Below are positions 57,984-64,000 of a stretch of 64,000 nt of DNA, piece by piece (positions within the stretch are counted from its first letter, which is position 1; each line of letters opens with the position of its first letter). The stretch is taken from NCBI GenBank assembly GCA_049322215.1, contig JBMORU010000001.1:260023-324022 (forward strand), in the 5' to 3' direction. Source of the stretch: Patescibacteria group bacterium (GTDB lineage Bacteria; Patescibacteriota; WWE3; UBA101185; UBA10185). The position numbers were made by a program, and so were the translations under genes. Below the pieces are notes generated by a model that made no database searches, was not told the origin of the DNA, and saw only the letters and a list, made by a program, of their open reading frames with translations.

Positions 57984-58694
57984 ATGTTATACATAATTCA
58001 TGGTGATGATGAAGTTTCTTCCAGAAAGCAACTTTTAGTATTAAAGTCTAAGTATGTTAATTTCCCTTCAAGGGAACTTGCCTTTACTGATACAACTCCG
58101 CAAGGACTTCTTAACGCATGCGTCTCATTTGATGTATTCGATGGGGCTCCTTTAATTTTATTTGATATTAGTAAAGCGGGACGTGCTAGTTTAGATGACT
58201 ATTTAAATGTCTGCAGTTCTTTGCCCGAGGAAAGTGTATTAATTGTATTTTCTAATAAACTTTTAACAAAAACTAACCCCTTCATTAAAAATGCTTTAAA
58301 ACTAAAAGCACAAGTTTTTACATCACAAGCCTATAAAAACACCAACATTTTCAGCTTTGTTGATGCAGTATTTTATGGGAATAGGAAGCAGGCCTACTTA
58401 GAATTAAAGAAACTGTTAATTGAAAAAGAAGATCCTTTTTATATTTTTACCATGCTTTTGTACGGTTTACGTAATTTAGCATTGGGAAGCTACAATGCTC
58501 CTGGATATTCAAAAATGTCTCCGTTTGTTAAAAGTAAAGTTAATAAACAGTTGGCAGGTTTTTCCTCTGCAGATATAAAGGACTTGTACAGTTATTTTTA
58601 CGAGTTAGATAAAAGGGCTAAAACAGGACAGGTTTCTTCCGATTTATTAATTCCTTTAAGTATCGAAAAAGTGTTAGGATATAAAAATAAGTAG
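57984..58694 (+). CDS. DNA polymerase III delta subunit-like protein
   Basis: LYIIHGDDE N-terminus and a delta-like helical C-terminal region; weak. Confidence 0.5.
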   Translation: MLYIIHGDDEVSSRKQLLVLKSKYVNFPSRELAFTDTTPQGLLNACVSFDVFDGAPLILFDISKAGRASLDDYLNVCSSLPEESVLIVFSNKLLTKTNPFIKNALKLKAQVFTSQAYKNTNIFSFVDAVFYGNRKQAYLELKKLLIEKEDPFYIFTMLLYGLRNLALGSYNAPGYSKMSPFVKSKVNKQLAGFSSADIKDLYSYFYELDKRAKTGQVSSDLLIPLSIEKVLGYKNK

Positions 58695-58817
58695 CAATTT
58701 TGGAACTCTGCTCTGTCTTACTTTAAACCTTATAAATATACTAAAGATGAATCATATGATCCTTTTTATGCTCCAGTAAGCAAAACCTTTGTTTTCAGAT
58801 CTAAAGGATACCCAATT

Positions 58818-59447
58818 GTGTTAGTTATGGCAGGACTATTTATTTTTGTTACTCAAATTGTATGGCCTTTAGTTGCTTTCAAAACTCAAGATGAAATTTC
58901 TAAACCTGTTTCTTCTAGTGTGTTGGGTATAGCAAGTGGTTTTAGTGAGTTTAGTTTTAGTGAGTTAGAACGTGAATATTCTCCTGTAGTTTCAGATGTT
59001 GCTGAAATCGCAAATGTCCCAGAGTTTTTTTATTTGACTGTGCCCAAACTTGGTATTAAAGATGCCTTAGTTCAAACAAATTCTCCCGATTTGAGTCCTG
59101 ATGATTGGCTAGGTCACTATATAGGCTCAGCATTACCTGGGGAGGTAGGTAATACCTTTATTTATGGCCATTCTGTTTTACCATTTTTTTACAATCCCCG
59201 TAATTACAAGACAATTTTTTCCACACTACATACCCTAAATATAGGAGATACTTTTACAATTAACTATAATAACAAGGAGCTTAATTATGTTGTAGAGGAA
59301 AAAAAGGATTTGTTGCCTAAGGATGTATATCCTCTTGCTGAATGGAAGCCCCGCTACCTAAATGAATCCACAGTTGTGCTAATGACTTGCAGTCCTCCGG
59401 GCACCAAACTAAGACGCTTATTGGTTCAAGCTACGTTAACAAATTAA
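58818..59447 (+). CDS. Sortase-family transpeptidase
   Basis: N-terminal TM; catalytic His (IYGHS) and TLxTC motif (VVLMTCSP). Confidence 0.85.
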   Translation: MLVMAGLFIFVTQIVWPLVAFKTQDEISKPVSSSVLGIASGFSEFSFSELEREYSPVVSDVAEIANVPEFFYLTVPKLGIKDALVQTNSPDLSPDDWLGHYIGSALPGEVGNTFIYGHSVLPFFYNPRNYKTIFSTLHTLNIGDTFTINYNNKELNYVVEEKKDLLPKDVYPLAEWKPRYLNESTVVLMTCSPPGTKLRRLLVQATLTN

Positions 59448-59458
59448 ATTAGGGGTTT

Positions 59459-59902
59459 TTATAACTCTTTAAGTATGTCTCTTTCGAATCCTACAAGAGC
59501 TCTTTTTCTTGGATTATTGACTGCTAAATAACCAGCTCCTCCAATGGCTACAATTGCAGAAATCAAGGCGATTGTCATTTCTGTACTACCAGTATCTGGA
59601 ACTGGTGTTGTGCTCTCAGATGCTTCTGTGCTAACGTCTGAGCCTGCCAATACTTTTGGAGTTGGAGTTTCAGGTTTGGTTTCAGCAGATGCTAAAAACT
59701 TTGGTTCTGATTGTTCTTCAGTTAATTTACCAAAAACACTTGTTCTATCTTTTGTAGTTTCAGCTCCTAAAGTATCACTTTCAATATTAACTGTAGAACC
59801 GTCACTTACCACGTAATATATTGCGGTGAAAACAACAAGAGACACGGAAAGAGTAATAATAAAAGTTTTAAATCCATTTTTTGCTTGTTCTGTAGTATTC
59901 AT
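59459..59902 (-). CDS. Sortase-substrate-like surface protein with C-terminal VPDTG sorting signal
   Basis: N-terminal TM/signal, low-complexity S/T/E-rich body, C-terminal PVPDTGS + hydrophobic stretch + NPRKR tail. Confidence 0.6.
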   Translation of the reverse strand: MNTTEQAKNGFKTFIITLSVSLVVFTAIYYVVSDGSTVNIESDTLGAETTKDRTSVFGKLTEEQSEPKFLASAETKPETPTPKVLAGSDVSTEASESTTPVPDTGSTEMTIALISAIVAIGGAGYLAVNNPRKRALVGFERDILKEL

Positions 59903-59923
59903 AGGCAGGTAGCTTTTCGAAAC

Positions 59924-60109
59924 TTATTGCTTCGAAGAAGCGTTTAATTCCTTAAGTAAATCTTTATCTATTCTACCATCAAGAGGGGTAGCAATTTCAA
60001 GTAGTTTATCTGGAACATAATTTGTGTAAGTTGTTTCCCACACCTCAAAGCCTATCCATGCAACAATTGCGATTGAGGTTGTTATTAATATAGTTGTTAA
60101 TTCTTTCAT
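59924..60109 (-). CDS. Small membrane protein
   Basis: 61-aa ORF with one TM. Confidence 0.3.
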   Translation of the reverse strand: MKELTTILITTSIAIVAWIGFEVWETTYTNYVPDKLLEIATPLDGRIDKDLLKELNASSKQ

Positions 60110-60702
60110 AATCTCGGGGTTCTATTGTCACTTAAATTTTTTACGTAGTATATTTCTATTTTCATTTTTACATTACTGCGCACATTATCATTATTAACTT
60201 TAACTTCTTTTACGGTTATTAGTCTATCCATATCTTCCATTTCTTTAATTAATTTGTCTAATTTAAAAACTTCTCCTGAAAATTCTATATTTACTTCTAC
60301 CTCTTCAGGTGTTTGTCCCAAGGGTTGAAAATTTCTTACTATGAAGCCGTTTCTTGCTGCTATTCTTACCAGGTCTTTTAAATATTCATCAGTTTTAGGT
60401 TCTGAAGGTATTACCTTATCTAGTATCGGTAAATAAGTTTCTGCTTCTTTTAGGTCTTTTTCTGCTAAAGATAAATCGGTAATTTTGTTGTCCAAGGCAA
60501 GTTTTATGTCTTGTAGTTCTTCTTTAAATTTATTTTTTTGTGCTAAAGCTAAAATAGAGGGTCTAAAACCCGATATTCCAAAAATTATGAAAATAGTAAA
60601 AGTTAAAACAGAGAAAAAACCTACGTGTTTTTTTGGTTGAAGTTCTATTTCACGTGTATATGTTAGTTCTAAGTCACTAATGAATTTATCAATATAACTC
60701 AT
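60106..60702 (-). CDS. PilO-like type IV pilus assembly protein (TM + coiled coil)
   Basis: Single TM, coiled-coil segment, ~200 aa; assignment from architecture only. Confidence 0.4.
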   Translation of the reverse strand: MSYIDKFISDLELTYTREIELQPKKHVGFFSVLTFTIFIIFGISGFRPSILALAQKNKFKEELQDIKLALDNKITDLSLAEKDLKEAETYLPILDKVIPSEPKTDEYLKDLVRIAARNGFIVRNFQPLGQTPEEVEVNIEFSGEVFKLDKLIKEMEDMDRLITVKEVKVNNDNVRSNVKMKIEIYYVKNLSDNRTPRL

Positions 60703-61256
60703 TTAAAAACTAACTCAATGTCGACAATAAACGTGTTTGAGGACGTATTGAGCCTTGCTGAATTTAATATTATTTGTTCCACTAGTCCACTTTCGAAGTA
60801 CTTATTTATAAGTAAAGAAAAGCTAAGGGCTGATTCAGCCTCAAGTTTCATTATAGTTTGTTCTTCAGTAATAGCTAACTCCTCCACCTTTAATTCGCCA
60901 GGTAAAGTGTTAAGTAAAAAGTCAATTCTATTCCCTAACAATTTTCTTGAATTTTTTTGTGTAGTGTACTTATTTAATTTTTGAACTATGTGATTTGTTT
61001 TTTGTTCTACTAGTATTTTTCCGGTTACTACATCTTGCCTATCGCTTACTTCTAGTTGAAGTTTTGCAACAGAATTATCTGCGGTGGCATTTAACGCTAA
61101 AGCCAGCACAAAAGCAATTTCAACAACTATTATCATTAATTTTGATGCGGAAATAATTTGACGATGCGATTTAGTTACAAAATCAGATTCAAAACTATTT
61201 TGATTTAGCAGATTTGGACTTTGTCTTTGGTTTTGGGCTTGATTTTGTGTTGTCAT
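60699..61256 (-). CDS. PilN-like type IV pilus assembly protein
   Basis: Single TM then a periplasmic domain; overlaps the 3' end of rpsT, so an internal Met (near 61136) may be the real start. Confidence 0.4.
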   Translation of the reverse strand: MTTQNQAQNQRQSPNLLNQNSFESDFVTKSHRQIISASKLMIIVVEIAFVLALALNATADNSVAKLQLEVSDRQDVVTGKILVEQKTNHIVQKLNKYTTQKNSRKLLGNRIDFLLNTLPGELKVEELAITEEQTIMKLEAESALSFSLLINKYFESGLVEQIILNSARLNTSSNTFIVDIELVFK

Positions 61257-61518
61257 TGGCAGTTACTTTTTTCGCATATCTTGACTTTAGACGCTTAGCT
61301 TTGTTTTCGTGTATAACATTATGCTTAGCGGCTTTATCTAACACTTTTTGAAGAGTAGTTTCTTCTTTTTTTAGTATATCAATATTTTCTGGGTTGGTCT
61401 TTAAAGACTGTTCAAGTTTTTTCATTGCTGCTTTAATTCTTCTCTTCCAGAAAAGATTATGTTCACGCTTTTTATTTGATTGTCTTAGTGCCTTTTTTGC
61501 ACTTTTTAAGTTTGGCAT
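61195..61518 (-). CDS. rpsT: 30S ribosomal protein S20 with lysine-rich C-terminal extension
   Basis: MPNLKSAKKALRQSNKKREHN.. S20 N-terminus. Confidence 0.85.
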   Translation of the reverse strand: MPNLKSAKKALRQSNKKREHNLFWKRRIKAAMKKLEQSLKTNPENIDILKKEETTLQKVLDKAAKHNVIHENKAKRLKSRYAKKVTANDNTKSSPKPKTKSKSAKSK

Positions 61519-61631
61519 AGTGTATTATTAATTTTGCGTTGTTATGATAACATATCAGAACTTTTGTGCAACTACATTGATAAGATACTTTAAAGAAACG
61601 TTTTTTGCTGTTAATTTAAGATTGACTGATT

Positions 61632-63278
61632 ATGGTAAAAACTGCCTTCAAAAATGGGAGCAAGCTCCTGATGAAAAAACAAAACACAATTATATCTGCA
61701 GCAGCCGTACTGGCTTTTATGTATGGCGCCTCTGCTATTTTAGGTTTGGTACGAACCAGATTGTTAGCGCACTACTTTGGCGCTTCAGAAATTTTAGGTG
61801 TTTTTTATACTGCCGATAGAATTCCAAGCCTTATTTATTCATTACTAGTTGTGGGCACGCTTTCTACCGTTTTTATACCTGTATTTACTAATACCTTTAA
61901 AAAGAATGAGGAAAACGCATGGCATACAGCATCCTCTATGATAACTGTGAGTATTTTGCTCTTTTTGTCTTTGGGAACTTTGGTCTTTATTTTAGCTCCT
62001 TCAGTTATTACAGCTCTTTCTTTGGGTAAGTTTACGGCAGAACAAATTAAACTGGGAACCTCGTTAATGCGTATTATGCTTTCAGCCCAGCTACTCTTAA
62101 TTATAAGTAGCTTTGTAACCGTTATATTACAGTCGTTTAAATATTTTATAATTACAGCTTTAGCTCCTGTTTTATATAACATAGGTATGATTTTAGGAAT
62201 TGTAATTTTAATTCCAAGGTATGGTATTTATGGCCCTGCGTTTGGTGTAATAATAGGTTCTGTATTGCACTTGCTGGTGCAAATTCCCTTAATTAGAAAA
62301 ATAAACTTTTCGTATAAATTTACACTAGATTTTAAGGATAAAGGCTTGCGTGAAATTTTTAGGTTGATGCCTCCTAGAATTTTAGGTGCTGGCATGGCTC
62401 AAGTTTCTGCCATTGTAAACAATTCATTAGCAATTTTAGTATCTACATCTTCCGTGGTTATATTTAAATTTGCTGATCAGCTTCAAAGTTTTCCTGTTAA
62501 TCTTTTTGGAGCTTCTATTGCGCTAGCTGCTTTGCCAACTTTATCTTATGAATCAGGTGAAAAGGACAAAGAAAAGTTTAAAGAAATTTTCCTTACTTCT
62601 TTTCATCAAATGTTGTTTTTAGTTATTCCTGCAAGTGTAATTTTATTAGTTTTAAGAATTCCTGTAGTACGCTTAGTGTATGGGGTTAGCAACTTTCCTT
62701 GGGAAGCAACTGTGCAAACATCTTATACCTTAGCTTTTTTTAGTTTATCTATATTTGCTCAGAGTTCAGTTTATTTGCTCACTCGCGCCTTTTACGCGCT
62801 CAAAGATACTGCTACCCCACTTAAAGTTAATTTTATTACAGTTATATTAAGTAGTTTTTTATCTTACGTTTTTGTTCATTACTTAGGCTTCGGTGTATGG
62901 TCTGTTGCATTTTCTTACTCTATAGCTTTACTACTTGATATGATATTTTTATTGCTTCTGCTCTCTAAAAAAGTTGGGGGCTTTAAACTTGATTCATTAG
63001 TAGTGCCTTTTACTAAAATTAGTTATGCCGCTTTTTTTATGGGAATTTCGTTATATGTTCCTATGAAATTACTCGACGAGTTTATTTTTGATACCACAAA
63101 AACTGTTAATCTAGCATTACTTACTATATTAGCAACTTTAGCAGGTGTTATATCTTATTTGTTTTTTACTAAGTTATTTAAAGTTAGGGAAATTGAATTG
63201 CTATATAAGTTGTTGCGTAAGTGTAATTTAGCTGTTCCTGCTAACATGCCTTTGCAACAGGAACTGTTAGAAGAATAG
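61632..63278 (+). CDS. murJ: Lipid II flippase MurJ
   Basis: LGLVRTRLLAHYFGASEILGVFYTADRIPSLIY.. MurJ/MviN signature; ~14 TM; real start may be the MKKQNT Met at 61671. Confidence 0.9.
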   Translation: MVKTAFKNGSKLLMKKQNTIISAAAVLAFMYGASAILGLVRTRLLAHYFGASEILGVFYTADRIPSLIYSLLVVGTLSTVFIPVFTNTFKKNEENAWHTASSMITVSILLFLSLGTLVFILAPSVITALSLGKFTAEQIKLGTSLMRIMLSAQLLLIISSFVTVILQSFKYFIITALAPVLYNIGMILGIVILIPRYGIYGPAFGVIIGSVLHLLVQIPLIRKINFSYKFTLDFKDKGLREIFRLMPPRILGAGMAQVSAIVNNSLAILVSTSSVVIFKFADQLQSFPVNLFGASIALAALPTLSYESGEKDKEKFKEIFLTSFHQMLFLVIPASVILLVLRIPVVRLVYGVSNFPWEATVQTSYTLAFFSLSIFAQSSVYLLTRAFYALKDTATPLKVNFITVILSSFLSYVFVHYLGFGVWSVAFSYSIALLLDMIFLLLLLSKKVGGFKLDSLVVPFTKISYAAFFMGISLYVPMKLLDEFIFDTTKTVNLALLTILATLAGVISYLFFTKLFKVREIELLYKLLRKCNLAVPANMPLQQELLEE

Positions 63279-63315
63279 GCTTTCGCCGTGCTAAAATCCT
63301 CTTGCACCAAAGCAT

Positions 63316-64000
63316 ATGAAACACCAAAACATTAGAAACTTTTGTATTATTGCGCACATTGATCACGGTAAGTCCACATTAGCGGACAGGTTTTTGGAAC
63401 TTACAAACACATTGGAAAAAAGAGCAATGCAGCAGCAACAGCTTGATTCTATGGATTTAGAACGTGAAAAAGGAATTACAATAAAGCTGAAAGCTGTGCG
63501 TATGAAATACGCTTTCGATAATGTTGACTACCAGTTAAATCTTATTGATACACCCGGACATGTAGATTTTTCTTACGAGGTATCTCGCTCTCTTGCTGCT
63601 TGTGAGGGCGCAATTTTAGTTGTAGATGCAAGCCAGGGAATTGAGGCGCAAACTGTTTCAAACGTATATAAGGCTTTAGAGGCTGATTTAAAAATTGTTC
63701 CTGTTTTAAACAAAATTGATTTGCCTGGAAGTGACGTTGCTGCTGTAACCAAGGACTTAATTAATACTTTTGGATTTAAAGAAGAGGAAATTTTACAAGT
63801 ATCAGCTAAAACAGGTGAGAATGTTGAGAATTTACTTCAAGAAGTAATAAAAAGAGTTGAACCCCCAAAAGGGGATGTCAATGCTTCTTTGCGCGCTTTA
63901 GTTTTTGACTCGTACTATGATGAATATCTTGGTGTTATAGCTATAGTAAAAATTGTAGATGGGAGTTTCTCGTCAGAGCAAATTCAGAAAAAAACTAAAA
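63316..64000 (+). CDS. lepA: Elongation factor 4 (LepA), N-terminal part; continues past the window end
   Basis: [19 protein letters not shown]1 motif, [13 protein letters not shown]; ORF is open to the window edge. Confidence 0.9.
   Translation, partial: MKHQNIRNFCIIAHIDHGKSTLADRFLELTNTLEKRAMQQQQLDSMDLEREKGITIKLKAVRMKYAFDNVDYQLNLIDTPGHVDFSYEVSRSLAACEGAILVVDASQGIEAQTVSNVYKALEADLKIVPVLNKIDLPGSDVAAVTKDLINTFGFKEEEILQVSAKTGENVENLLQEVIKRVEPPKGDVNASLRALVFDSYYDEYLGVIAIVKIVDGSFSSEQIQKKTK

Overview
This window looks like a piece of a small, AT-rich (~33-35% GC by eye) CPR/Patescibacteria-like genome. It carries housekeeping genes: groES-groEL with an upstream CIRCE element, rplY, rpsT, ksgA, a SpoU methylase, murJ, lepA (partial), tRNA-Cys(GCA), two UvrD-family helicases, RmuC, TatD, thioredoxin and a gap-pgk-tpi glycolytic operon. 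It also carries a large cell-envelope/glycan block: rfbB, a Wzz-like protein, an epimerase-DUF4012-like fusion, a UbiA prenyltransferase, a WecA/MraY-like GT4, a processive GT2, a GT-C/TPR protein, tandem FemAB paralogs, an LCP protein, DacA, a sortase with an adjacent substrate, and PilN/PilO-like proteins. Five things stand out. (1) The first ~10.3 kb is a markedly GC-richer (~50%) island in which every gene is on the minus strand and encodes a lipoprotein or membrane protein. It includes an M23 peptidase and two tandem ~750-aa polytopic membrane paralogs that share a ~390-bp near-identical core, conserved palindromic leader elements and unrelated C-terminal domains. (2) A ferredoxin-like ORF and a condensed aldehyde:ferredoxin-oxidoreductase-like (mini-AOR) ORF are translationally coupled between pgk and tpi. 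(3) There is a UvrD helicase fused to a Cas4/AddB-type Fe-S nuclease. (4) An epimerase is fused through a transmembrane segment to a large extracytoplasmic domain. (5) Several small GC-elevated islets of unknown genes are inserted between housekeeping genes. All functional calls rest on motif recognition by eye; no database searches were run.
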